Source: Opitutales bacterium (GTDB taxonomy: Bacteria > Verrucomicrobiota > Verrucomicrobiia > Opitutales > UBA2987). Taken from it: DNA of 64,000 bases. Positions 43,330-52,813 of this stretch are shown in pieces. How positions within the stretch are numbered: position 1 is the first letter of the stretch; every line of letters starts with the position of its first letter. A program made the translations under genes and the position numbers. The DNA lies in contig CBDDEL010000017.1 in the NCBI GenBank assembly GCA_965226885.1, positions 768,001-832,000 of the forward strand, read 5' to 3'. The notes beneath the pieces were generated by a model. The model did no database searches and was not told the origin of the DNA. It saw only the letters and a program-made list of their open reading frames with translations.

Positions 43330-43761
43330 TTCGAAGAAGCGATCATAACATTGCATTTGGAAGAGCATTTTATGTTCCCGGGGAAGGTCGAGGACGAGTC
43401 AAAATGGTCCCTTTAAGGGAAGGCCGATCTGTTTGTGCTACCGACTTATAGCGAGAATTTCGGATTGGTCGCGGCGGAAGCTTTTGCTTACGGAACGCCG
43501 GTAATCACGACCAAGGGGGCCCCATGGGGTAGTTTGTTAACTCATCGTTGCGGCTGGTGGATCGAAACCGGCATCGACCCTCTGGCTGGGGCTCTGATAG
43601 AGGCCATTTTACTGAACGATGCGGATCGAGCGGCGATGAGCATCGGAGGGAGGAAATTAATTGAGGAGCGATTTTCCAACGTCAAGGCCGTTCAACCAAT
43701 GATCGAGGTTTACCAATGGGCGCCAGGTAATGGGTCGAGGCCGGAGTGTGTTTTATTTTGA
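43330..43761 (+). pseudogene. C-terminal remnant of a GT4 glycosyltransferase
   Basis: ADLFVLPTYSENFGLVAAEAFAYGTPVITT preceded by an in-frame stop; N-domain absent. Confidence 0.78.
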
Positions 43762-43806
43762 ATGATTGAATAGTGGGCGGTTTTTGTCCTTAATGGGTTT
43801 TGCCAA

Positions 43807-44379
43807 ATGAGCGACGTACCACAGATAGATGTTTCCGACCACCGGAAGAACCTCAATTATAACAAGAGGGTATTGCTGATCCGCGTGGCCTGGGCGTTGG
43901 CAAGGCCGTTGTTCAGGTTAAGCCCGCGCCATTTTTACGGATGGCGAAATATGCTACTACGCTTATTCGGGGCCAAAGTCGGGCGGAAGGTGCGGATTTA
44001 CCCGTCGGCCAATATTTTTTATCCCTGGCAATTCAAAATCGGTGATTGGTCCTCCATTGGCTGGGGGGTGGATATTTACAGCCTGGGCAAAATTTCCATC
44101 GGGGCCAATGTGTTGATTTCGCACCGGGCGCACCTGTGCGCGGGCACGCATGATATAAGCAAATCCAACCTGCCGCTGCTAACGCCGCCCATATCCATCG
44201 GTGATGGCAGTTGGGTGTGCAGCGAGGCCTTTATCGGCCCCGGCATATCCGTCGGCCGGGGGACCGTGGTGGGAGCTCGGGCAGTGGTTGTCAAGGATGT
44301 GCCGGATGGGGCGGTTGTGGCGGGCAACCCGGCCAAGATCATCAATAGGAAGCCGTTTAAAGAGAGCCGCACTGAGTAA
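43807..44379 (+). CDS. wcaF: WcaF-like polysaccharide acetyltransferase
   Basis: LLRLFGAKVG, hexapeptide repeats, LCAGTHD, VAGNPA. Confidence 0.85.
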   Translation: MSDVPQIDVSDHRKNLNYNKRVLLIRVAWALARPLFRLSPRHFYGWRNMLLRLFGAKVGRKVRIYPSANIFYPWQFKIGDWSSIGWGVDIYSLGKISIGANVLISHRAHLCAGTHDISKSNLPLLTPPISIGDGSWVCSEAFIGPGISVGRGTVVGARAVVVKDVPDGAVVAGNPAKIINRKPFKESRTE

Positions 44380-44392
44380 ACGGTTATTGGCC

Positions 44393-45760
44393 ATGAGCAG
44401 AATTTTTTTCAAACTATTCCTCCTTTTGCTGGACGTTTTTTGTCTGACCGGGTTTTACGTGTTGTCTCTGCGGGTGAGGTTTTCGGAAAATTTCGCCTCC
44501 TATTTCGATCCCTACGTGTTCTCTATTTTGCTCCCATCGACTATCCTGACGATGGTTGTTATCGGAGGCTACAACCGTTCCAACGATTTGATCGGTTTAC
44601 GCTTTGCCAGTGAACATGTCATCGCATCGGTCATCAATTTTTTCCTCGTTTTGTTTCTCATCTATTTTCTAACGGGCGTCATTGCGGCGCGGGCCAACGT
44701 GGCTATAGTTTTGATTGTCTTCCCTCTCTGGTCGCTGGCGGTGCGCTACATACTGGCAACCTTGACGCGCAAAACACTGGTCAAACGGTCCCTTTACATA
44801 GTGGGCGCGGGAGAACAGGCAGTGGACTTTTTTCATGTTCTCAAAACCAACAAATGGCCCCAAAATCTGGTCTTTTTCGATCCCACCCTGAAAAGAAAAG
44901 GGGATCACCTGGTTGCCGGGGATTCATCGTCACCCATAATTCAAGGGGACATTGTCGAAGCACTGGACACTGAGGGATCTGAAGTGGATTCCATTGTCAT
45001 CGCTGAAAAAGCGGAGAATTTGCCGCAATCATTGATGGAAAAATTGGTGTCCATTCATTTCATGAAAGCCCAGGTGCAGACACTCTACACTTTTTTTGCC
45101 ACCCATTGGAAAATGGTGCCTGTTTCCCAGGTATCGCCTTATTGGGCTTTTGAAGAAGGCTTTCGGCTCAACAGCAGTTTGACCTATGAAAGAGCCAAAC
45201 GAATTTTCGATATCATTTTCGCGCTGACAGGAATCTTTATTCTATGGCCGATACTACTGATTGTAGCCATGATGGTCAGGCTGAGCAGCCCCGGCCCGGC
45301 CGTATTCAAACAAATCCGGGTGGGCCGCGATGAAAAACCATTCACCCTGTATAAATTTCGCACCATGGTCGTAGGATCGGAAGATAAAGATCTTTACACG
45401 CGGCCCGAAGATAAGCGCATCACCCGTGCCGGTTCATTCCTGAGAGTTACCCGCTTGGACGAACTGCTTCAAATGTGGAATGTTCTGCGGGGCGAAATGA
45501 GCGTCATCGGACCGAGGGCCGAATGGATAAAAATCGTTGAGGAATACGAAAAAAAAATTCCTTATTATCATTTTCGCCATCTTGTAAAACCCGGCATAAC
45601 GGGCTGGGCGCAGGTCAACTATCCCTATGGCGAAAGCGACCGCGACGCCGTGGAAAAATTAAAATACGACCTCTATTATGTCCGCCACTATTCGCTTTTG
45701 CTCGATTTGTCCATCTGCCTGAAAACCATATACGTCATCCTATTTGGCCAAGGACGTTAA
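44393..45760 (+). CDS. Polyprenyl-phosphate priming glycosylphosphotransferase (WcaJ/WbaP-like)
   Basis: N-terminal TMs, KRIFDI, YKFRTM, RLDEL, GEMSVIGPR, KPGITGWAQV. Confidence 0.92.
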   Translation: MSRIFFKLFLLLLDVFCLTGFYVLSLRVRFSENFASYFDPYVFSILLPSTILTMVVIGGYNRSNDLIGLRFASEHVIASVINFFLVLFLIYFLTGVIAARANVAIVLIVFPLWSLAVRYILATLTRKTLVKRSLYIVGAGEQAVDFFHVLKTNKWPQNLVFFDPTLKRKGDHLVAGDSSSPIIQGDIVEALDTEGSEVDSIVIAEKAENLPQSLMEKLVSIHFMKAQVQTLYTFFATHWKMVPVSQVSPYWAFEEGFRLNSSLTYERAKRIFDIIFALTGIFILWPILLIVAMMVRLSSPGPAVFKQIRVGRDEKPFTLYKFRTMVVGSEDKDLYTRPEDKRITRAGSFLRVTRLDELLQMWNVLRGEMSVIGPRAEWIKIVEEYEKKIPYYHFRHLVKPGITGWAQVNYPYGESDRDAVEKLKYDLYYVRHYSLLLDLSICLKTIYVILFGQGR

Positions 45761-45800
45761 ACCCGCCCGGACCGGCTGAAACTCCGGCCAATGAGCAACC

Positions 45801-48095
45801 ATGACGCTCTCCAATAAAAAGATAAAATACATCCAGCGGTTTTCGGGCAAAAAAGCAGCCTCGCAAATGGCCCGCGATTTGAAAATCCCGGTGGAGCAGG
45901 TATTGGCCGTTATGGGAAGCGACTCCGCAGCCAAAGCCATTCAGGAGAGGGATGTCTGGGAAACCTGCGGAGACCTGATTCTGCCCGTTATTATAGTCGT
46001 TGCTCCGCTTCTCGTTATTGAGCGCAATTGGGATTACACCAATATGCCGAAAGCGGTTTTTATCCAATTCGGAACTATGTTCTGGCTAACTTTTTGGTTT
46101 GTTCAGGCATTTCGCAAAGGTCGTTTGGAAATATTAAAATGCCCACTGTATTTTCCTCTGGCTGGATTTGTGGGGTGGGCGCTGATGTCGTTGTTCTGGG
46201 CCCGGGAGCCGTTTGGAGGTTTTATCGTGTGGACTCGCTGGTGCGCCTGCGGGGTGGTATTTTTCCTCGCCCTGCAATCCCTGGGCAGGCCCGGCCAAAT
46301 CAATCGCCTGTTTGTAGCCATCGCTATTTCCGGAACGTTGGTCGCCCTGCTGGGGTGCGCCCAATATTTATACGGCGTTGATCTGGTAAAACAAACCGCC
46401 AAACCTGCCTCAACTTTTGCCAATAAAAACATGGGGGCGCAAATGATGATCATAACCCTGCCGGCCGCGGCAGCGGTGTTTCTATCGGCCCGCAGGGCCC
46501 TCGCCATCTGGTTCGGCTCACTATCGGCACTCGTTATGGCGACCTATCTGTTTTACACATTTACGAGGGCGGCCTGGCTGTCCGTCATGGCGGAGATCAT
46601 TCTGGCCCTCCTCATTTTCGCCCTATTTATGTTAAAGAAAAAGGGAAAACGGCCTTCTCTAAAGCGCCGGTTATTTATTCCCGGCGCAATTTCATTGATC
46701 CTTCTCGCGCTGACCACAAATTACACTCGCGACGGCATGGCCTGGCAGTGGGGAAAAGCGGTCCGCGAATTAAAGGGTTTGAGCTCGGCCCTCCAGGATA
46801 AAGAAAAAGTGGTCAAAAATAGTGAAAGCGACGTTGACGTCCGGGTTAAAGACCACGGCGGTAGCAGCCGGGAGCGTTTGGCCCTCTGGAGCAATATTCT
46901 GGAGATGGTGAAGGATCATCCGGTAAAGGGCGTCGGTCTGTATAATTTTATCGTTTATTATCCACTGGCAGCCAGTAAAGGAGGTTCGCAAAGGGGATTG
47001 ACCATGATCCGGAGGCCGGCCGAAGCCCATAACGATTACCTGCAGGCAACGGCAGAATTGGGGATCCCATTCGTGGTTTTTCTATTCTGGTCGCTAACTT
47101 TAATGGCTCGACAAGCGTGGAAGGTGGCCGGGGTTCCCGGTTCGGGCAAAGACCGATTGGCGGCGGCCGCCTGTTTGGCGGGAATCTGCGGACTAGGGGT
47201 GGACGCGCTTTTCAGTTTCCCTTTTTACCGGGCCATGCCGCCCTTTGCTTTGGCGTTATATGGGGCGGGACTTTTTTCGGTGGATCCGGTCAACCATAAA
47301 GAGGGGACATCTTCCTGGCGGTTGGAAAAAAAGGGTTGGGCCCTGGGTGGAGTGGCGGCGGGGCTGATCCTTATCGTGGTTTGGTCATCGCTGCAATACC
47401 GCTGGATGAAAGCCGACCGTTTCTTTCGCTCCCAACGGCACGCCATGACCTTGAAAAAAGACTGGCAAATCGTCATCAACCTGGGGGAAAAGGTCCTCAA
47501 ATACAACCCCTTGCGCAAAGATGCCAAACACCTTATCGGCAGGGCCTACGCAGTAACCGGCAGGCCGCAGGAAGCCCGCAAATACCTGGAGTCATTTGAT
47601 CGGTATTATCCCCATGATGGCTTCAACCTCTTTTACCTGGCCCAGGCATACGGCGACCTGCAAGAGTACGACAAGGCAACAATGGTTCTCGAACACGCAA
47701 CGAAAATTTTGCCGCACGATGGATTTTTGCAAGGTGGGCTGGGCCAGGTTTACCAAATTAAAGACCGCCATGAGGAGGCTTTGCGGCAATACCGTCTGGC
47801 GACCGAATTATTGCCCAAAAACAGTTTTTATTATTCCTTGCTGGGAAGCGCGTCCGCAACTCTGGGGAAAATCGAGGACGCGGAATCGGCTTTCTCCAAA
47901 TCCTTAGCCTTGAAGGAAAATTCGCCCCGCGCCCATAAAGGCATGGGGGAATTGCTGATCAACATACCCAAACGCAAGCCGGAAGCTATCACACACCTGG
48001 AAAGAGCGTTGGAATTGGACCCAAATATCGAAAATGCCCAAAAATACCGCAAAATTATCTCGAAATTCAAAAAACATTCCGGCCGCCAAAATTAA
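45801..48095 (+). CDS. HTH-like/O-antigen-ligase-like (Wzy_C)/TPR protein, paralog 1
   Basis: STFANKN, FTRAAW, GVGLYNF, AHNDYLQ..ELG, C-terminal TPRs. Confidence 0.88.
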   Translation: MTLSNKKIKYIQRFSGKKAASQMARDLKIPVEQVLAVMGSDSAAKAIQERDVWETCGDLILPVIIVVAPLLVIERNWDYTNMPKAVFIQFGTMFWLTFWFVQAFRKGRLEILKCPLYFPLAGFVGWALMSLFWAREPFGGFIVWTRWCACGVVFFLALQSLGRPGQINRLFVAIAISGTLVALLGCAQYLYGVDLVKQTAKPASTFANKNMGAQMMIITLPAAAAVFLSARRALAIWFGSLSALVMATYLFYTFTRAAWLSVMAEIILALLIFALFMLKKKGKRPSLKRRLFIPGAISLILLALTTNYTRDGMAWQWGKAVRELKGLSSALQDKEKVVKNSESDVDVRVKDHGGSSRERLALWSNILEMVKDHPVKGVGLYNFIVYYPLAASKGGSQRGLTMIRRPAEAHNDYLQATAELGIPFVVFLFWSLTLMARQAWKVAGVPGSGKDRLAAAACLAGICGLGVDALFSFPFYRAMPPFALALYGAGLFSVDPVNHKEGTSSWRLEKKGWALGGVAAGLILIVVWSSLQYRWMKADRFFRSQRHAMTLKKDWQIVINLGEKVLKYNPLRKDAKHLIGRAYAVTGRPQEARKYLESFDRYYPHDGFNLFYLAQAYGDLQEYDKATMVLEHATKILPHDGFLQGGLGQVYQIKDRHEEALRQYRLATELLPKNSFYYSLLGSASATLGKIEDAESAFSKSLALKENSPRAHKGMGELLINIPKRKPEAITHLERALELDPNIENAQKYRKIISKFKKHSGRQN

Positions 48096-48163
48096 TCTAT
48101 GAAATCCATTACTGGAAGAAGAGTTTCGGTAGATAATTTACCGGGTTGGTTGGACGACAAACC

Positions 48164-50446
48164 ATGGCGCTCTCCAAAAAGAAGTTAAAATTCCTGCAAC
48201 GGCACGCCGTGCGCAAGAGCCCGGCTGAACTTGCGCGCGAGCTGAATGTGCCGCTAAAGGAGGTCATGGCCCACCTGGGTTCGCTTCCAGACAAGGCGGC
48301 AGAGAGCAACACTGCCGCTCACAATTCGGATAAATATTTGGTCCGGGTGCTGGGCGGAATTATCTTTCTGGCGCCATTCATAATCCTGCAAGAATTATAC
48401 GACTTTTCCGATACTCCAAAAAAAGCATTCATCCAACTGGCTTCCTTGATTTTATTCGGGCTCTGGCTGCACAACCTTTCCCGGTCGACCGTTGTTGAGA
48501 TTCGCAAATGTTTTTTGTATTTACCATTAGGTATTTTTCTCCTATGGGCGCTTATCTCCAACAGTTGGGCCAGCGACCATTATAGGGCGTATACAATCGC
48601 AATTCACTGGGCGGCCTGCGGATTAGTTTTTTTCCTTGCCACACAAATCCTCGATAGCGCCCGCAAGCAGAACCTCATTTTAAGAATCATCTTCATCACC
48701 GCCATCCTGGTAGCCCTCCTCGGCCTGGCCCAGCAAATCTTCGGAGTCGAATGGGTTCGGCAGATTGCCATCCCGGCATCCACATTCGCCAACCGAAACG
48801 CCGCTTCCCAGTATGTCGTATTAACTTTCCCCCTGGGATTGATATTATTATCGACGGCCAGGAGGAGAGTCTTGATCTGGGCCATCGCCCTGTCCCTGGC
48901 AATAATAGCGTCCTACCTGTTTCATACCTTTACCCGGGCGGGTTGGCTGGCGGTCAGCGGCCAAATAACTCTTTTCCTGATTTATCTGGGCTATTGCCGA
49001 TTCAGACTCAAACAGGCGTTATATTGCGGCGGGCAAAAGCTGGCCGCAGTGGGGGCCGCCTTTTTGGTCTTCGTGCTATTGGCCAACCTATCGGAAGAAG
49101 GTTTGGGGTGGGGAAACCGTGGCGCCTTCGCACGGTTATCCAGTTTATGGAAAAACGATGCCAAAGAGATGCAATCCGCCAAAGAGAAATCTCCCTATAA
49201 GCGCTATAGATTGAACAGTGTCTCAACCCGCAAGACTCTCTACCGGAATACCTTGGAAATTATACGTGAATATCCCTGGAAGGGCGTGGGGCTGAATAAT
49301 TTCGTGGTCTATTACCCGAAAAGCACTCTCACCGGATGGCCGGACCGGGAAATCAAAATTAACAAACAACAGGCCAACACACACAACGATTACCTGCAAA
49401 TAACATCGGAATTGGGCATTCCGGCCGTAGCCGCCCTCCTTTGTTTTCTAGCTGCCCTGGCCGGCAGATTACCGGTTTTTTTTAGCAGACGGCTATCTCA
49501 GGAAGAGCGGGACACGGGCTGCGCCTTCCTGATCGGCATTCTGGGGCTTTGCTCCAACGCGGTGGTCAGTTTTCCCCTCTACTTGGCCATGCCTCCGTTT
49601 ATGCTGGGGATTTATACGGCCATTTTTTTCCTCATCACCGATAAAAGGGAAGATGGGAAAAATGCCAAATGGGTATTTTCCAACGGCAAAATGGCTTTCC
49701 TCGGCGTCATCCTGACGGCTATGATTTTGTGCTTCTGGATCTATTGGCAATATCGTTTTTTGCGTTCAGAATTTAATTACAACCTGCAAAGCATCGGTCT
49801 GCGCGACAGGTACTACAAAGCGTCCGTCCATTGGGGATTAAAGGCTCATGAAATGAACCCATGGCGCAAAGACGTGCACAATTATCTGGCCCGGGCGCTG
49901 CTAAAAATGGAAGACCGCGAGAGGGCCATAGAGCATTTTAAGCGATTCCATGAATCCTATCCCGACGCCACCTACAACCTTTACTACATGGCGCTTTGCT
50001 ATAAGGAACTCAATCAATTCGAAAAGGCCAGACCGCTGGTGGAAAGAGCCATCGAAATCCTGCCCGATGACGGCAGGCTGCGCGACCTCATGGGCTGGGT
50101 TTACAGCAGCCTCAAGCAGCCGGAGAAGAGCATCGAGGAATTTCGTCTGGCGGCCAATTTGATGCCTAAAAAAAGCAATTACCACTACAACCAGGGCGTA
50201 ACGGCGTTCTTGATGGGTAAATATGAGGAAGCCGCCGAGGCATTGGGAAAATCGGTGGAATTAAAAAGCGATTACTTTTTAGCCCGCAAATTTTTGGGGT
50301 TGACCCTGGTCTCGCATCTGGGACGGACGGAGGAAGGCCTCGTCCACCTCAAAAAGGCTCTGTCCCTCAAGCCCACCGGCAAAGATGCGAAAATGTTGCG
50401 GAAACTCCTGGAAAAGTTCGACCAGCCGGAACCATCAAACTTATAA
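48164..50446 (+). CDS. HTH-like/O-antigen-ligase-like/TPR protein, paralog 2
   Basis: STFANRN, FTRAGW, THNDYLQ, TPRs. Confidence 0.88.
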   Translation: MALSKKKLKFLQRHAVRKSPAELARELNVPLKEVMAHLGSLPDKAAESNTAAHNSDKYLVRVLGGIIFLAPFIILQELYDFSDTPKKAFIQLASLILFGLWLHNLSRSTVVEIRKCFLYLPLGIFLLWALISNSWASDHYRAYTIAIHWAACGLVFFLATQILDSARKQNLILRIIFITAILVALLGLAQQIFGVEWVRQIAIPASTFANRNAASQYVVLTFPLGLILLSTARRRVLIWAIALSLAIIASYLFHTFTRAGWLAVSGQITLFLIYLGYCRFRLKQALYCGGQKLAAVGAAFLVFVLLANLSEEGLGWGNRGAFARLSSLWKNDAKEMQSAKEKSPYKRYRLNSVSTRKTLYRNTLEIIREYPWKGVGLNNFVVYYPKSTLTGWPDREIKINKQQANTHNDYLQITSELGIPAVAALLCFLAALAGRLPVFFSRRLSQEERDTGCAFLIGILGLCSNAVVSFPLYLAMPPFMLGIYTAIFFLITDKREDGKNAKWVFSNGKMAFLGVILTAMILCFWIYWQYRFLRSEFNYNLQSIGLRDRYYKASVHWGLKAHEMNPWRKDVHNYLARALLKMEDRERAIEHFKRFHESYPDATYNLYYMALCYKELNQFEKARPLVERAIEILPDDGRLRDLMGWVYSSLKQPEKSIEEFRLAANLMPKKSNYHYNQGVTAFLMGKYEEAAEALGKSVELKSDYFLARKFLGLTLVSHLGRTEEGLVHLKKALSLKPTGKDAKMLRKLLEKFDQPEPSNL

Positions 50447-50517
50447 TTCCATTTATTATTTGTCTCCCCTACCCTCCATGATGGATAAAAATCCGGTTTT
50501 GCCGCAGCGATTTCAAG

Positions 50518-52794
50518 ATGAGTCTTTCCAATAAAAAACTGAAATACATCCACCGCTTTGCGGGCAAGCAATCGCCCCAGGAGATGGCCAAAAAACTGCG
50601 CCTGCCGGTGGCCAAAGTGCAATTGGAAATTGAAAAACTTTCCGGCTCAAAGGTAAGGCCAAAACCAAAAAAATCCGCTTATTTTACCAGTTTTTACATC
50701 CTGGCGATTTTGGTTTTTCTGGTCCCGTTCCCAAACTTCGGGGAAATCTACGCCAGTTCCTATCTGCCCAAGGCCGCGCTCATCCAGATAGGTTCCCTGC
50801 TACTGCTGACGGTGTGGTTGTTCGAGCAGTTTCGCGCCAATACCCTGACCATTGTCAAATGCCGCCTTTACCTGCCATTGGCCGCTTTTCTTTTATGGGT
50901 GTTGTTGTCCATAACCTGGTCCTTAAACACCTACTCCGTATTATCGAAATGGACGCATTGGGCGGCCTGCGGGCTCATCTTTTTCCTGGCCGCGCAAATC
51001 ATAAAGAACAGGCAACAGGCGCGTTTCATTTTTATTATGATCGTGTCCTCGGCTGTGGTGCTGTCGTTTTTGGGATTTTTTCAATATTTGCTGAGGGTGG
51101 ATTGGTTTCCGCAAACGGCTCGTCCGGCCATTACCTTTGCCAATAAAAATATGGCCGCGCACTTTTTCGTGCTGGTCTTCCCGGCCGGCCTTTATCTGTT
51201 GCTGAGCGCTAAAAATAAACGGGCGATCTGGCTCTACGCCTTCTTCCTGGCCTGTTTAAATACCTATGTATTCTACACTCACACCAAAGCGGCATGGGTT
51301 TGCGTTACCTTCGAGTTCCTGCTTTTCATTTCCGTTTTCGTTTTCGAAAAGATTCGGTTCAAAACAAAAACCGATTTTGGTAAACATAAAGCGGCCGCTT
51401 TCGGGGTGGCCATTGCCCTGACTATTGCGATGTCCTTCCTGACGCCGGATGGCTTGCGCTGGCGAGGCCCAGAGACTTATAATTACATAGCGGGGATGTG
51501 GGATGCGGAAGCCCGCGTAGCCGATGAGAAATTGCAAAAGCTGCGTAAGTATTCCTCCATAAGCGTCGAATCGCGCCTGATATTATATCAGAACACCCTC
51601 GAGCTGTTCGCCAAAAAACCACTATTGGGAGTTGGGGCGGGCAATTTCAGCATCCACTACCCGACGGCCTCCATCAAACGGCCCAGAGATAATAAGAGCC
51701 TCATACTGAAACAAGCGGTGCATGGCCACAACGACTTCCTGCAACTGCTGTCGGAACTGGGCCTGCCATTCGCCATAATTTTCATTTGGGCCTGCGTCCT
51801 GTTTATCCAGGGAATTGGCAAATTGGGAAGAAAAGCATGTCCGCCCGAAGACCGCCAAATGGGCGCGGCGGCGTTGATTGCCCTGGCCGGGATAGCGCTC
51901 AATGCGAACTTTAGCTTTCCCTTCTACCGGGCCGTAGCACCGTTTTTACTGGCCGTTTACTCTGCCATATTCTTCACCGCATACCGAGGGTTTGCGGTTA
52001 AAAACCAGAATCGCGGAGATACCTGGTCAGTGGCCGGAACCCAATGGAGCAAAGTGTGTTTCATTCTCTCTCTGGCCGGATTGATCCTCTGGTCGATGGC
52101 GCAATACCGAGTCATTAAATCGGATGAGCATTATCATTCCATGCATGTGGCCATCAGGTTGGAAAAATATGAGGAAGCGCTGGCCCAGATAGAATTGGCA
52201 AAACATTACAACCCGCTGCCCAAAGAAACCATGAAGATGAAAGGCCAGATCTATCTGAAACTCGGAAAAGTGAAAAAAGCGAGGGATTTGCTGACTGCTT
52301 ACCAGAAATACAACCCCTATTACGCCCAGGGCCTGATGCTTCTGGGGAGAAGCCACCAGTTGCTGAAAGAATACCAGGAGGCAGAAAAAGCACTCCAAAG
52401 GGGCATCGAAATCGACCCCCATGTAGAGAGAATGCACGATTTGCTGGCCAGCGTAAAATCTTCCTTGGGCAAGCACGAAGAGGCTCTGAAGGAATTTCGC
52501 AGGGCCGCGGAACTGAAACCGGACAACTTCAACTACCAATACAATCTGGGGATCAAGGCCAGAGAAATGAAACGATTCGAGGAAGCCGCCGGCGCTTTCC
52601 GCAAAACGATCGATTTAAAACCCACCTTCGATAAAGGGCATTTGCTGCTCGGCCTGATCCTCTTTTACGAACTTGATGAACAGGATCCCGGCATCATCCA
52701 CCTGAATATAGCCCTTCGGTTGAATCCCCGGATCAAAGACGCCGGGCAGCTCAGGCAGATCATAGCCGCACACGAATCCAGTTCCGAGAGTTAA
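50518..52794 (+). CDS. HTH-like/O-antigen-ligase-like/TPR protein, paralog 3
   Basis: TFANKN, HTKAAW, GHNDFLQ, TPRs. Confidence 0.88.
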   Translation: MSLSNKKLKYIHRFAGKQSPQEMAKKLRLPVAKVQLEIEKLSGSKVRPKPKKSAYFTSFYILAILVFLVPFPNFGEIYASSYLPKAALIQIGSLLLLTVWLFEQFRANTLTIVKCRLYLPLAAFLLWVLLSITWSLNTYSVLSKWTHWAACGLIFFLAAQIIKNRQQARFIFIMIVSSAVVLSFLGFFQYLLRVDWFPQTARPAITFANKNMAAHFFVLVFPAGLYLLLSAKNKRAIWLYAFFLACLNTYVFYTHTKAAWVCVTFEFLLFISVFVFEKIRFKTKTDFGKHKAAAFGVAIALTIAMSFLTPDGLRWRGPETYNYIAGMWDAEARVADEKLQKLRKYSSISVESRLILYQNTLELFAKKPLLGVGAGNFSIHYPTASIKRPRDNKSLILKQAVHGHNDFLQLLSELGLPFAIIFIWACVLFIQGIGKLGRKACPPEDRQMGAAALIALAGIALNANFSFPFYRAVAPFLLAVYSAIFFTAYRGFAVKNQNRGDTWSVAGTQWSKVCFILSLAGLILWSMAQYRVIKSDEHYHSMHVAIRLEKYEEALAQIELAKHYNPLPKETMKMKGQIYLKLGKVKKARDLLTAYQKYNPYYAQGLMLLGRSHQLLKEYQEAEKALQRGIEIDPHVERMHDLLASVKSSLGKHEEALKEFRRAAELKPDNFNYQYNLGIKAREMKRFEEAAGAFRKTIDLKPTFDKGHLLLGLILFYELDEQDPGIIHLNIALRLNPRIKDAGQLRQIIAAHESSSES

Positions 52795-52813
52795 GGCTTT
52801 ATACCGGCCGGAT

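Noticed and set aside
44201..44392. Upstream start of the priming glycosyltransferase
   Set aside because: Overlaps wcaF; ATG 44393 fits operon spacing
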